Below are positions 24,503 through 36,929 of a stretch of 64,000 nucleotides of DNA, piece after piece. Below the pieces are notes generated by a model. The model did no database searches, was not told the DNA's origin, and saw only the letters and a list, made by a program, of their open reading frames with translations. The position numbers and the translations under genes were made by a program. Location: positions 2,720,001 to 2,784,000 of the forward strand of contig CM000150.2 of the NCBI GenBank assembly GCA_000004695.1, given 5' to 3'. The DNA comes from Dictyostelium discoideum. Taxonomy: Eukaryota. Numbering within the stretch: the first letter of the stretch is position 1; each line of letters begins with the position of its first letter.

Positions 24503-27094
24503 TACCAGTGTCAACTGTACCACCAGCTTTCTTTAATTTAACAGCAGATGGATCAAAGGATGGCATAATTGGAACTCCACCAGATGGAGGTGGTCTATTG
24601 GCAGCTGGTTTCTTTAATTTAACAGCAGATGGATCAAAACCCATTGGCATCATTGAAACTCCACCAAATTTATTTGGTGATGATTTTGATGGGGAAGTGG
24701 TGGTAGTGGTAGTTGAGGTTAAAGATTCACTTTCTTCTTCATCATCGTCATGTTTTGAATAACTGATTACCTCTTTAATTGCTGGATGTTCAGATAATTT
24801 ACGAGTTGATTTCTTTCTAGTAATCTTAACTTTTGGTCTTTCCAATGTCATATGTTGTAATTTCTTATAACTAGCTTTGCCACCCTCTGATTGGTCATCA
24901 TCACCATCATGACCTCTCTTTCTCTTATCATGATGAGAATGATCAATTGATGGTGATACTGTTTTTGATTGTTGTTTTTCTTTTTCTTCTTTTTCTTTTA
25001 ATGCTTTTTGTTCATCCTCTAATCTTTTATTTTCTGCTTCGGCTGCTAATCTTTCCTCTTCTGCTTTCTTTGCTGCAACTGCTGCAACTTCTTCTGCAAT
25101 TCTTTTAGCTTCTTTTTCAGCTGCTAATCTCTCTTCCTCTGCTTTCTTTGCTGCTTCTGCTGCTAATCTTTCTTCTTCTTTCTTTGCTGCTTCTGCTGCT
25201 AATCTTTCTTCCTCTGCTTTCTTTGCTGCTTCTGCTGCTAATCTTTCCTCTTCTTCTTTCTTTGCTGCTTCTGCTGTTAATCTTTCTTCTTCTGCTTTCT
25301 TTGCTACTTCAGCTGCTAATCTTTCCTCTTCTTCTTTTTTTACTGCCTCAGCTGCCAATCTTTCTTCTTCTTTCTTTGCTGCTTCAGCTGCTAATCTTTC
25401 TTCTTCTGCTTTCTTGGCTGCTTCAGCTGCTAATCTTTCTTCTTCTGCTTTCTTTGCTGCTTCAGCTGCTAATCTCTCCTCTTCTGCTTTCTTGGCTGCT
25501 TCAGCTGCTAATCTATCTTCTTCTGCTTTTTTGGCTGCTTCAGCTGCTAATCTTTGTTCTTCAGCTTTCTTGGCTGCTTCGGCTGTTAATCTGTCTTCCT
25601 CTGCTTTTTTGGCAGCTTCTTCTGCTAATCTGGCTTCTTCGGCTCTTTTAGCTTCCTCTTCAGCAATTCTCTTTGCCTCTTGTTCATCAGCTAATCTCTT
25701 CTTCTCAATTTCAGCTAATCTCTCCTCTTCTTCTTTCTTGGCTGCCTCAGCTGCTAATCTATCTTCTTCTGCTTTCTTTGCTGCTTCAACTGCTAATCTC
25801 TCCTCTTCAGCTTTCTTTGCTGCTTCAGCTGCTAATCTGTCATCTTCTGCTTTTTTGGCAGCGGCTTCTTCTGCTAATTTCTTTGTTTGTTCTTCTTCAG
25901 CTAATCTTTTCTTTTCGAGTTCAGCTAATCTATCTTCCTCTACTTTCTTTGCAGCTTCTTGAGCAACTCTGTTTGCCTCTACTTCCTCTGTCAATTTTTT
26001 CTCTTCTGCTAATCTTGATTCTTCAGCTAATCTCTTCTCTTCTGCCAATCTAGCTTCCTCTGCTAATCTCTTTGCTTCTTCTTCTTCTGATCTCTTCTTT
26101 TCGAGTTCAACCAATCTCTTTTCTTCAGCCAATCTAGCTTCTTCTGTCAATCTTTTGTTTTCAGATTCTTCAGCAGCCAATCTATCATTTTCAAGTTTCT
26201 TTGCAACAGCGGCTTGTTCATCAGCTAATCTTTTCTTTTCTTGTAATTCTAATTTTCTTTGTTTTTCTTTTTCCAATTGTTCTTGTTCTTGTTTTTGTTT
26301 TTCTTCTTGATCCTTTTTGAATTTCTCTTGTCTTTCCTTATCCAATTGTTCATTTCTTTGTTTTAATTTTTCACGACGTTCTTTTTCTAAACGATCTTTC
26401 TCTTGTTTCTCTTGTTCTTCTTTATCACGAATTTCTTGTCTTTCCTTTTCCAATTGTTCATTTCTAAGTCTAAGTTTTTCTCTGTGTTCAGCATCTTCAC
26501 GTTCTTGTCTTTGTTTCTTTTCATTGTTAACACGATCTTGTTCTTCTTTTCTCTTTCTTTGTTCTTGTTCACGCTCTTCACGTTCTGCCTCTTCTTTTTG
26601 TTGATTTAATCTCTCTTTCTCTTCTTCAATCTTTTGTTTTAATTTTCTTTCTTTCTCTAATCTTTCTTTTTGTCTTTGTTCTTTACGTTCTTTTTCATCT
26701 TTTTCTCTACGTTGTTTTGCTTCTTCTCTTTCTTTTTCTAATTTTTCAATTCTTTCTTTTTCTGCTAATGTTGATGTTACAGTTGGAGTTGTTGTTGTTG
26801 TTGGAGTTGTTGTTGTTGTGGTGGTAGTGGTAGTGATTGGAGTATGAGTTGTATCAGTAGTATTTGAAGAAGATGGTTCAGATTTTGGGTTTTCCTGTTG
26901 TTGTCCTTGTTCTACCTTTTTATCAATTTCCAATTTATTATTTTCTACCAATGTGTTTGTTGCATCATTTAAATCTTCATATGATGGTTTTCTATTGCCT
27001 AATGTTGAATCAATATCATAAATTTCATCTAAAAATAGAATTTTAATTTTAATTTTTTCAAAAAAAAAAAAAAACTCCAAGTTATTATTAACAT

Positions 27095-27133
<39 letters not shown>

Positions 27134-27528
27134 TTAAATAATAAATTTTTAAAAAATTTTAAAAACTTACCACCAAATTTTAATTTATCATCAGTAATTC
27201 TTTGAATAGTTGTACCAGAAGGAGCGAAAAAGATTGTTAATAAAGGTAACTCTGCTAAATAGAATAAAACAATACCAGTCATATGGACTTCATTCATTGC
27301 AACATCTTCTCTAAAACTAAGTAATAATGGACTCTCTTTTAATTGATCAGGATTACTAATTAATTGTTTCTCTTTTTCAATTGCAAGTGGGTCTCCTTTT
27401 GAAACTTTACGTAATGGATAAAATGATGACTCTTTTTTAAGTGTTGGAGGGTTGGATGCTGTTGTAGTCGTTGTTTCTTGTGCTGGAGTTCCATACCACC
27501 ATGAATAAAAGTAATCTAAAAGTGCCAT
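24495..27528 (-). CDS. Large (963 aa) membrane-anchored protein with an E/K/R/A-rich coiled-coil repeat region and C-terminal tandem FDPSAVKLKK motifs. Two exons: 27528..27171 and 27028..24495.
   Basis: Exon 1 starts at ATG 27528 (MALLDYFYSWWYGTP...HMTGIVLFYLAELPLLTIFFAP...KLKFGG). The donor gtaagt is at 27170 and the acceptor (atttttag) ends at 27029. The junction codon is g+at=D, giving ...KFGGDEIYDIDSTLGN... in frame with track ORF 24495..27080, whose MEFFFFF start is intron read-through. The body holds about 20 copies of AAEAAKKAEEERL-type 16-aa repeats. Confidence 0.7.
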
Positions 27529-27823
27529 ATTTTTTTCAAAAAAAAAAAAAAACAAAATAAAATGAAATAAAAATATATAAATATGTAAATATATATATAT
27601 ATTTAAGAGATATTACTATAAATTATTTATTTATTTTATTATTTGTGGAATTTTAATATTATACAAGTTATCGATATTTAAAAATAATAATTATTATTCT
27701 TTGAATAATCAAAAAAAAAAAAAAAAAATTAATGTTGTGTGTATTAATATTTAAAATATAATTTAGGATGTGGGTGTTAATTATTTGAATTGTTTTATAA
27801 AAAAAATTAAATTGAATTTAATG

Positions 27824-27869
<46 letters not shown>

Positions 27870-28061
27870 TTTTTATTTATTTTTTTTTTTTATTTTATTT
27901 TGTCGGGGTTCCTTAGATTGGTTTAATCTAAATAAAATTTATTTTTAAATTATTTTTTTTTTAAAAAAATTAAAAATTAATTTTTTAAGTTATTTGATTA
28001 ATTATTTGTGTTTTTGAGTTTTATTATTATTATTTTGATTTTATTTTATTATTTTTTTAAG

Positions 28062-28096
<35 letters not shown>

Positions 28097-28241
28097 AAAG
28101 AAAAAAAAAAAAAAAAAAAAATTGAAAAAAAAAAAAATTATTTGAAAAGAAGGTTAGTATCATTATTTGAAATTGAAAATCCAAAGTGTGAAAAAAAGTA
28201 AAAACCCTCCAAAAAATTTTTTGATTTTTGATTTTTTTTTT

Positions 28242-28277
<36 letters not shown>

Positions 28278-28294
28278 ATAATTATTATATTTAC

Positions 28295-28899
28295 CTTAAA
28301 ATGAAGTCCAATTAAAGAAAATACTAAACATTTTAAATCTTGAATTAAATAAAACATAACTTTTAAACCTTCTGGGTCATCACTTTTTTCAACATCCATT
28401 AATGAACCAATTTTAGTTGTCTTTTTATTTTTATTTTTTATTTTTTTTAAAAAATTAAATAATGGTTAATAGAAATAAAAATAAGAATAGAAATAAAAAA
28501 GTTAAAAAAGTTAAAAAAATTTATAAAAGGAAATATCCCAAAATGACAAAAAAGGGATTTGTTATGAAATATGATGATGATAATTATCATTAAAAGTGGG
28601 GGGGGGGGGGGGGGGTATGATACATACAGAAAAAGAGATATGTTCATCTTTAAATACGATTTCAAGTTCTTGTTTACCTACAACATCAGGTTCTGGCCAA
28701 TTCTTATCATCTTCCAACATTATACCTGAATCTAAAATCACCTTTTTAATTTCTGAAATTACACCATCACTAACACAAACTTCTTTTCTAATTAAATTTT
28801 CACTTTTATAATGAGAATTATTCGCATATCTTAATTTATTTCCTGATCTAAATTCAAATTCTAAAAATTCATGACCATATTTACCTTTATGTCCAACAC

Positions 28900-28932
<33 letters not shown>

Positions 28933-29221
28933 CAAAAAATTAATATATAATTCAGTCTGATAACTGGTTACAATTACCACACCCTATTATTTCGAGTACA
29001 GTAACTATGAATATAACAAACTATTTTAATCCAACTTACTAATATCTAAGATAAAAATCATCTTTTTGTTTTTGAGTCTCTGTTTTTAAAATATCTTCTG
29101 TAGTTTGAGTTTCTGATGATGATGTAGCTGTTGCTGTTGTTTTATTATTATCATTTTCTGGGCTTGTTATATCCATGGCTGAATCAGTTGCCAATTCTAT
29201 TTTTGTATCAACATCTGACAT
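28295..29221 (-). CDS. Mago nashi (exon-junction-complex subunit). Exons 29221..29040, 28898..28628 and 28420..28295; the short terminal exon is not resolved.
   Basis: ...DDFYLRY+ta | t [42 protein letters not shown]...[24 protein letters not shown] | [42 protein letters not shown] matches human MAGOH nearly residue-for-residue. Donors are gtaagt at 29039, gtatgt at 28627 and gtaaat at 28294. Acceptors are tag at 28899 and aaaaag at 28421. Exon lengths are frame-consistent. The expected final few codons (about IKPI*) were not found. Confidence 0.8.
28598..28615. repeat. Poly-G(18) homopolymer (poly-C on the coding strand) inside Mago nashi intron 2.
   Basis: Read directly: gtgggggggggggggggggtatg. 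It is highly atypical for this AT-rich genome. Confidence 0.85.
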
Positions 29222-30015
29222 TTTATTATTTTTATTATTATCACCTTTTTCTGATATATTATTATTTTTATTTATTATTTATTTTTCTTTTTTTTATTAC
29301 TTTCTTTTTCAATTCCAAATATTGGGTAAAAAAAAAAAAGTAGCAAAAATCTTCCTGGTTCTGGTTGATCTACAACAAATATCTTTGATGGAGAAAAAAG
29401 GAATGAAAAAAAAAAAAAAAAAAATGAAAAAAAATAAATAAAAAAAAAATAAATAAAAAAATATAATTTAAAAAATAATAAAATTAAAAAAAAAAAAAAA
29501 AAAAATTAAATTTTTAATAAAAATTCGAAAAAAAAAAAATAAAAAAAATAAAAAAAATAAAATCTACCCCACACACCACAACAAATAAAAATTAAGTTTA
29601 AACTAAAAAAACATTTTTATATTAACAACAATAAAAATAAAATTAATATTAATAGTAATAATAATAATAATACCAATAATAAACATAAACAAAACACTGG
29701 TAATAAAAAATTGTTGATAATAAAAAAAATAATAATAAAAGTAATAAAATAAAAAAAATATAAAAAAAAAAGTTAAAAAATCACAATTTCTTGTAATATG
29801 TTTAAAAAATTTCAAAAATATACTTTCATTTCATTTTTTATATATAATAATTTAATTATTTAATTTTTTTTAAAAAAAAAAAAAAATAAAAAAATAAAAA
29901 GAAAAAAAAAATAAAAAATAAAACAGCATAATATTACCATTTAAAAAATAATAATAATAATACATAAAATAAATAAACAAACAAATAAATAATAAACTTT
30001 TAATATTACATATAT

Positions 30016-32238
30016 ATGTATATGAACAATAGTGAAATTAAAAACGAAAACGATATGGAAGATATTAATTTTTTAAAAAATTATGATAAAAACGATTTAA
30101 AACATGCAATAAAATCATTGACAGGTGTTGAGGTTAGTGATGATTTCATATCTATATTACAAAAACAAATTGCAAGTAATGGTGATACAGAGATTGATTT
30201 TGATGAGTTTAGGGAAGCATTTTCACAAATTACTAAATCATTATATCCAAATGGGATATTGGGTAATAGTGATAATCATAGTAATAATGGTGTCATTGAT
30301 GGTAATTGTAGTATGCTGCATCAAAATGGTAATAATGGATGTGAGTCTAAAACCCAATCGAACCCACCAACACCACAACCAACACCACAAAGATCTAGAA
30401 GTAATTCATGTTCATCATCAGTTTCACAATTATCAGATTTACCATCACCACCCAATTCGCCACGTAATTCAGATTCTGAGAATTCATTCTCACCATACTC
30501 ATTCTCACCATTATCTTCATCACCACCTAAATTCATTTATGCATTATCAACCTCACCTGGTGGTAGTGGTAGTGGTAGTAATAGTGGTAGTCCACCTAAA
30601 CCAACCTATTACTCAACTACGGCCAATATATTTAATAAACCACCTCCACCATTAACATCATCACCAAGACGACCAAGATCATCTTCAGTTAGACAATCAC
30701 AACCAATTGGAATTACAAAAGAGCCATTAAATGATGATCAACATATAATGTTAATGAATCATAATAGTGGAAGTAATCATCACCATCATCATCACCACCA
30801 TCATAATAATAATAATAATAATAACAATTTGGTTGGTAATAGTACATTTAATTCACCATCAGATAAATCAAAATATAAACCACAACCAACTCAAATAAAT
30901 AGTCATAGTCGTAATAATAGTCATCATAATTCACAAAATAGTTTACATACAAATCAATTATTTAAATCATTATTAAATATGGATGAAAATTATTCAGATA
31001 CAAAGAAATCTAGGTCAAAACATAGTCATCAAAGAAGGTCACCTATTGCATCAATTGAAAATTCTGATAATGAAGATAATGGTAATAATAATAATAATAA
31101 TCAATTTCATATGGATATCGATTGGTCAAAACAATTAGAGAATAAAAATAAAAAGAAATTTACATATAAAATTCAAGATGGATTAGATAATGAATCAAAT
31201 TCATCATCAGAATCTGAAGATATATATAATACTTTAAATTTTAATTTTAATAATAATAATAATAAAAAGCATAGTAGTAAAAAAAGTAATAAAAAAAGTA
31301 GTAGTAATAATAAAAACAATAATAATAAATTTAAAGATGAAATTGAATGGGCAACAGAAGAATTTTATTATGATCCAACATTAGACAATTCAGAGGATTT
31401 ACATCAAGTTATATCAATTTTAAAGGAGAAGTATTCATTATATTCAAATAAATCTAGTGAACTAGAGAAAAAGGTACAAACTGCATTGAAAACTAATAAT
31501 CAATTAGAGGATGATTTAGATGTAATAAAAAAGGATTGTATAACATTATCATTATCTAATCAAGCATTGAAAAAGAATAATCAAATTTTAGAATCATCAT
31601 TAGAGTATCATAATACAACCAATGCTCAAATTAAACAGAGTTGTTTCAATTTGGAGAAGGAGAATCAAATTCTAAAGAAAAGATTACAACTATTTGAAGA
31701 TCAAATGGAAAAGAATCAATTACTATTGGAGAACCAAAGATTGGAGCAGGAATTACGTGATTCCAAATTCAATTCAGAGATTGAATTATTGTCAACACAA
31801 TATTCTAAAACTATTCAATCGATTAAATCAGAGTATCAGAAAGAGTTTGAATTGGAATATAAGAAAAATAAAGATTTATTAACAAAGAATGAATTGAAAT
31901 CAATGGAGATTCAATTGGAGAATCAACAATTACGTCAACTACTATTGGAATCCAATAAGAATTTAGAACATCTTGAAAAACTTTATGATGAAAAGATTAA
32001 AGAATATCAATCTCATCAAGAGGAATCTCAAAGTCAAACAATCTCTCAAGAAATCCTATCAACTGAAAATCAAAAATTAAAGAAACAACTTAAAAAGAGT
32101 GAATTACAAAAGATTCTTGAATTGAAAAATGAAATTAAACGTACGAAAAAAGAACATCTTCATTATAAATCATTATTACTTCAAGGTATTAATGATTTTA
32201 AAACAATTGAATCTTCAATTAATAAATTTAATAAATAA
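30016..32238 (+). CDS. EF-hand-like N-terminus, low-complexity middle and long C-terminal coiled coil; 740 aa; function unknown.
   Basis: Real ATG at 30016. ...DTEIDFDEFREAF is a Ca-binding-loop-like EF-hand segment. The C-terminal 300 aa are heptad-rich (LEKENQILKKRLQLFEDQMEKNQ...). Confidence 0.65.
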   Translation: MYMNNSEIKNENDMEDINFLKNYDKNDLKHAIKSLTGVEVSDDFISILQKQIASNGDTEIDFDEFREAFSQITKSLYPNGILGNSDNHSNNGVIDGNCSMLHQNGNNGCESKTQSNPPTPQPTPQRSRSNSCSSSVSQLSDLPSPPNSPRNSDSENSFSPYSFSPLSSSPPKFIYALSTSPGGSGSGSNSGSPPKPTYYSTTANIFNKPPPPLTSSPRRPRSSSVRQSQPIGITKEPLNDDQHIMLMNHNSGSNHHHHHHHHHNNNNNNNNLVGNSTFNSPSDKSKYKPQPTQINSHSRNNSHHNSQNSLHTNQLFKSLLNMDENYSDTKKSRSKHSHQRRSPIASIENSDNEDNGNNNNNNQFHMDIDWSKQLENKNKKKFTYKIQDGLDNESNSSSESEDIYNTLNFNFNNNNNKKHSSKKSNKKSSSNNKNNNNKFKDEIEWATEEFYYDPTLDNSEDLHQVISILKEKYSLYSNKSSELEKKVQTALKTNNQLEDDLDVIKKDCITLSLSNQALKKNNQILESSLEYHNTTNAQIKQSCFNLEKENQILKKRLQLFEDQMEKNQLLLENQRLEQELRDSKFNSEIELLSTQYSKTIQSIKSEYQKEFELEYKKNKDLLTKNELKSMEIQLENQQLRQLLLESNKNLEHLEKLYDEKIKEYQSHQEESQSQTISQEILSTENQKLKKQLKKSELQKILELKNEIKRTKKEHLHYKSLLLQGINDFKTIESSINKFNK

Positions 32239-32308
32239 ATATGTAATAAAAAAAAAAAAAATAAAAAAAAAAAAAGTAATTTCTTTTTTTTTTTACCATT
32301 TGTATATA

Positions 32309-32341
<33 letters not shown>

Positions 32342-32443
32342 CTATAGTCTATATATATATATATATATATATTTATCTTTTTACTATTATTTATTTTCAA
32401 TTATATTTACAAATTAATACATATTAGATATATGTATTATGTC

Positions 32444-33027
32444 TTATTTAGTTTTTTGTTTCTTTTTTGAAGATTCACCAGATTCTTCTTTTGGAGTTGT
32501 TGGTGCAGTTGCAGTTGTAGAATTTGTTGATTCTTTTGATTCTTTTGATTCTTTTGATGTTGTAGTGGTTGTAGTTGAAGATGTTGATACAGCTAAAGCA
32601 GCAGCATTGGTTGCAGCAGCAGCTTCATCAATTTCTTGTGGTGGTATATTTTCAGCGAAATATTCAGGTTTTCTAATGTTAATACCATATTCTCTTAATG
32701 CTAATGAAAGATCATCTGTTGTTAATACTAATGCTTTATCTTTTCTAGTTTTCTCTCTTGATGTACCTTGTAATCTAATCTTACAAAATTGTAAACTATC
32801 ACTTGTTACATCTGATATAAACTTTTGTGTTGCTAATGATATTAATCTTTTTATTCTTTGATCTGTACATGAAAATCCTGTTTTATTTAAATAATATGTT
32901 ACAACTTCATCTGGTATCTAAAATAAATAAATAAATAAATAAATAAAAAATAAAAATTATTAATAATTTTTATTTTTCCTTTTTATTTCTTTGAATTTAT
33001 AAATAAAAAAAAAAATACAAAATACAA

Positions 33028-33063
<36 letters not shown>

Positions 33064-33176
33064 TGCATTGTTTGTATAAATATAAAGTGTGTTATTTTTG
33101 AAGGGATACATACTGTTGGGACATAGTCCTCTAAAGAGTTTATAAATTCTTCATAGTCGATTGGTTCATTTTCCAT
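32444..33176 (-). CDS. taf10: TAF10 (TFIID subunit 10), 178 aa. Two exons: 33176..33114 and 32917..32444. Absent from the ORF track.
   Basis: Exon 1 MENEPIDYEEFINSLEDYVPT has a gtatgt donor at 33113. The acceptor (ttttag) ends at 32918. Exon 2 IPDEVVTYYLNKTGFSCTDQRIKRLISLATQKFISDVTSDSLQFCKIRLQGTSREK...LSLALREYGINIRKPEYF matches the human TAF10 histone-fold region (IPDAVTGYYLNRAGF...RLISLAAQKFISDIANDALQHCK...LTPALSEYGINVKKPHYF). Exon lengths are 63 and 474 nt. Confidence 0.85.
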
Positions 33177-33300
33177 TGTCGAATCGATAAATTTATCTAA
33201 TAAAAAAAAAAAAATCCCTCTGTTTTTATTTTTTTTTTTTTTTAAAATAAAAAAATATTAAAATAAATGAAAAAAAAAAAAAAAAATTAAAAAAATAAAA

Positions 33301-33341
<41 letters not shown>

Positions 33342-33470
33342 AATTACAAAAATATTAAAAAAAAAAAAAAAATACATTTTTCAAGTTCAAAACTTTTTTA
33401 ATAATAATAAATATAATTATAATTTTATGTAATTAATATTTATTACATATTTTATAATTATTTTTATAAA

Positions 33471-36444
33471 ATGAAAATAAATTTAAATTTATTTTTCATT
33501 GTTGTTTTATTACTTTTATTAACAACAAATTCAAATTTTATAAATGGTGAAAAGGATAACGATGATAATGAAAATAATGATAATAACAATAATAATAATA
33601 ATAACAATAATAATAATAACAATAACGAAAATACATTTGTAATTGCAAATGCAGGGGATTTAGACCCAGAAACATTAGAAAAAATTAAAAATTCATTATT
33701 TCAAATAAAACATCACCGTATTATTAGAGAAGAACCTGAGGAGGAGGAAGATGATCATCATGATCATCATGATAGTAATGATGATAATGAAGAAATAAAA
33801 ACAAATAAAAAAAGAAAAAAAGTCAATAATTTAGAACTAAGAGATCAATTTATAATTCAAGGTAGTAATATAGTTAAAGAGAAACCACCAACATCATCAA
33901 CTAAAAGGAGTGATTTAGATGATAATCATAATAATAACAATCATCATCATCTTTACCATGGTTATTATGGTGAAAATGAAGAAGATCATTCATTTTTATT
34001 TGATTTTACAAATTCAAATGTTAGACCAGATAGAGAGTTACCAGGTAGAGATTTATTAATTGAAGCACAAAGATATAGGGGATATTTATTGTATGATAAG
34101 TTAACATCACCAACTCATCCATTCAGTAATTCAATTATGATTCATGGTTTTGATTTATCAACTGATAGAGATTTATTTGAGTTTAAAGGTCAATCGAAAT
34201 TAACTCCACTTGATTCAACAAAAGCTTATCAATTATTATTAGATTCTGCAAATCAAGGTAACCATCGTGCAATGTATTTATTAGGTGTTATGAATGAAGT
34301 AAGTAAATAATAAAATAAATTAATAAATAATGATAATTTAATTATGTTAACATTTTATTATTAAATTTTAATTTTAGATTGGTGAAAATAATAATAATGG
34401 TAATATGGATTTTGTGTTGGCAGAAGAATGGTATTTGAAATCAGCAGAGTATGGTAATTCAGATGCACAAAGATCATTAGGATTTTTATATGCAACTGGA
34501 AAATTGGGATATATTGACGAGGCGAAAGCAATTTTATATTATTCATTCGCTGCAAGGTCTGGTAATATTGTGGCACAGTTGACGATGGCTTATAGGTATT
34601 TACATGGTTATGGTGTTGAAAAGAGTTGTAAGAAGTCATCAATACTCTATGACAAGGTGGCAGCAAGAGTTGTGTCAGATTATGAAATGAGGGGATTCGG
34701 TTACCAAGTGAATTCTCAAAGATTTTCAGAAGAGAGAAAGAGAACACACGGTTATCAAGAGGATAGTGATATAGTGGACTATTTGAAATACTCGTCAGAT
34801 GATCCTGTGACAATGGGTAGACTATATTTGGAGGGCAATTTAGTGCAACAGGACTTCCAATTGGCGTTCGACTACTTTAAGCGTGCTTCGTCAATGGGTC
34901 TAGCTGGCGGCTACTCTGGATTGGGTTTTATGTATAATATGGGCTATGGAGTTATACAATCAAATAAAACAGCGTTCAGCTATTATGTCAAGGCTTCGGA
35001 TTTGGGTGATAAAGATGCAAAGTCGAATCTTGCTGAACTTTATTTCTTTGGATATGGTGTTAATCAAAACACACAAAAAGCAATAGATATTTGGATGGAG
35101 AATTCTCAATATACTGTAGAAACTCATAATGCACATGCAAGTTTTAAAAAAGGTGGTAGTGGCAAGGAGACCATTGTTCAAACTCTTTATCATGCACCAT
35201 CGAATGCTCATTTGGGTAGGGTGTTTGCTTATCATGGTACCAATGGTCAAGGTCAAGGTATTGATCGTAGTAAAGCATTACATTACTTTTCACATGCAAT
35301 CTCTGCTGGTGACATTGGCTCATTCTATCATTTCTCAAAGATTCATTTAGATAAAGATCCATCCTCATGTCCATACGTTGTTCAATATATGAAAAAGATC
35401 GCTGAAAAAGGTGCATGGGCAATCATATTAACAAAGGCTCAAGATCTTTATGAAGAGGATGATACTGATCGTGCATTATTATTAAGTGAAAAAGCAGCTG
35501 AAATGGGTATTGAAATGGCTCAATTTAATTCTGCTTGGATGTATGATAAACGTTTAGGTTTATCATCATATTATAAATCATTAGAGGAACGAGAAGAAGA
35601 AGAACAAGAACAAAAACAAGAAGATAATAGTGATAAAGGTAGAATTGAAGATGAAATTGTAGATTTAATAATTGGTGAGGATAATACAAATAATAAAGAG
35701 GAAGAAGAAGAAGACCAACCAATTAATAAATTATTTAATAAAGACTTTTGGGATCAACAAGCATTTAGATATTATGATTATTCAGCGGAACAATTAAATC
35801 CATTAAGTAGAATAAAGATTGGTGATTTCTTTTATTATGGTATTGGAGTTGAAAAAAGTTTTGAATTAGCAGCAGAGAGTTATAAACAAGCAGCATCAGT
35901 CAGTCAACCAATGGCATTGTTTAATTTGGGTTATCTCTATCAATATGGTGAAGGTGTACCTCAAGATTTCTTTTTAGCAAAGAGATATTACGACCTATCA
36001 TTAACCTATCAACCAAAAGGTTATATACCTGTATATCTATCATTGATTAGTTTATTCTTTCACTTTATTTATACTTTTATTTGTTCATTATTTGATCCAT
36101 CAATTAAAATTTCCTCAACGTCACAAATTGATCCAAAAATAATTTCTCAACAAACTACAACATTAAATAGCGATAAAACAACCACCACCACCACAACAGC
36201 AGGATTTGATAATGATTTTGGTGTAGGTGGTATATTAAATAATTTTTCATTTGATAATGAACTCATTCATCAATTAGAGTCATATACAATGATATTATTT
36301 GCAATTATAATTGGTTTCCTTGTAATAAGAAGACAAAGAATCATTTTAAATCAACAAAGACATCCAATTCGTCAACAACAACCACAACAACCACAACAAC
36401 CACAACAACAAGAACAACAACAACAACAACAACAACAACAATAA
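33471..36444 (+). CDS. SEL1L/Hrd3-like Sel1-repeat ER membrane protein, 964 aa, with a signal peptide, multiple Sel1 repeats and a C-terminal TM helix. Two exons: 33471..34298 and 34378..36444.
   Basis: ...LLGVMNE | gtaagt has its donor at 34299 and the acceptor (ttttag) ends at 34377. Exon 2 IGENNNNGNMDFVLAEEWYLKSAEYGNSDAQRSLGFLYATG... is in frame with track ORF 34405..36444. Recurrent A.YYL/G..Y..G.GV..D...A..WY..AA..G...AQ Sel1 motifs are present. The TM helix is YTMILFAIIIGFLVIRRQRI and the tail is polyQ-P. Confidence 0.8.
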
Positions 36445-36783
36445 ATACTTTGTATTATATAGTAAAAATATAAAGTATAAAATAACAATAATAATATAGT
36501 AATAATTAAATAAAAAAAAGATTAAATAATAAATTTTGTATTATAAAATAAAGATTCAAAACTCTTTTTTTTATTTTTTTTTTATTTTTTTATCTTTTAT
36601 TTTTTTTATTTGTCCGAATAAAATCATACTGTTTTCCAGCCGCTCTGGAATAAATGATGATCATTATTGGTCACCACTATTGGAATAATTGTTATTTTTT
36701 TTGATTAGTTTTTTCTGTTTCAATAATTGTTATTTTTTTTAAAATAGTGAACATATGTAACAAATATTATTAAATTTTTTTTT

Positions 36784-36820
<37 letters not shown>

Positions 36821-36888
36821 TGATTTTATTTAATTTAATTTTTTTATTTTAAAATGGTGAATCATCACCCTCCATAATTTTTCAATTT

Positions 36889-36929
<41 letters not shown>

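Noticed and set aside
24508-26609. Several plus-strand ORFs (24508..24762, 25148..25651, 25414..25962, 25673..26053, 26317..26604, 26403..26609) with polyL/polyS/polyA translations.
   Set aside because: They are antisense and alternative-frame readings of the GCT/CTT-rich repeats that encode the E/K/A-rich protein on the minus strand. They are low-complexity artefacts.
27029-27080. MEFFFFFEKIKIKILFL N-terminus of the 861-aa ORF.
   Set aside because: It is read-through of the intron's polypyrimidine tract. The real exon 1 (27528..27171) splices in at 27028.
29330-29400. ctggttgatc 9-mer resembling the 5' end of 18S rRNA.
   Set aside because: It is only a 9-nt match with no extended similarity. 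It is probably part of the Mago nashi 5' UTR or promoter.
30125-30655. Internal or antisense ORFs within confirmed genes (30125..30655, 30321..30536, 31694..31882, 32439..32861, 34361..34813, 34960..35422, 35525..35722, 37197..37418, 37613..37810, 38470..38694, 47406..47953, 50183..50575, 50366..50569, 51648..51878, 54644..54895, 55392..55629, 60290..60493, 61189..61587, 62134..62520, 62883..63215, 13010..13216, 15100..15291, 4714..4953, 8438..9012).
   Set aside because: They overlap a better-supported CDS on the other strand or in another frame, and many begin with TTG/GTG/ATT in the track.
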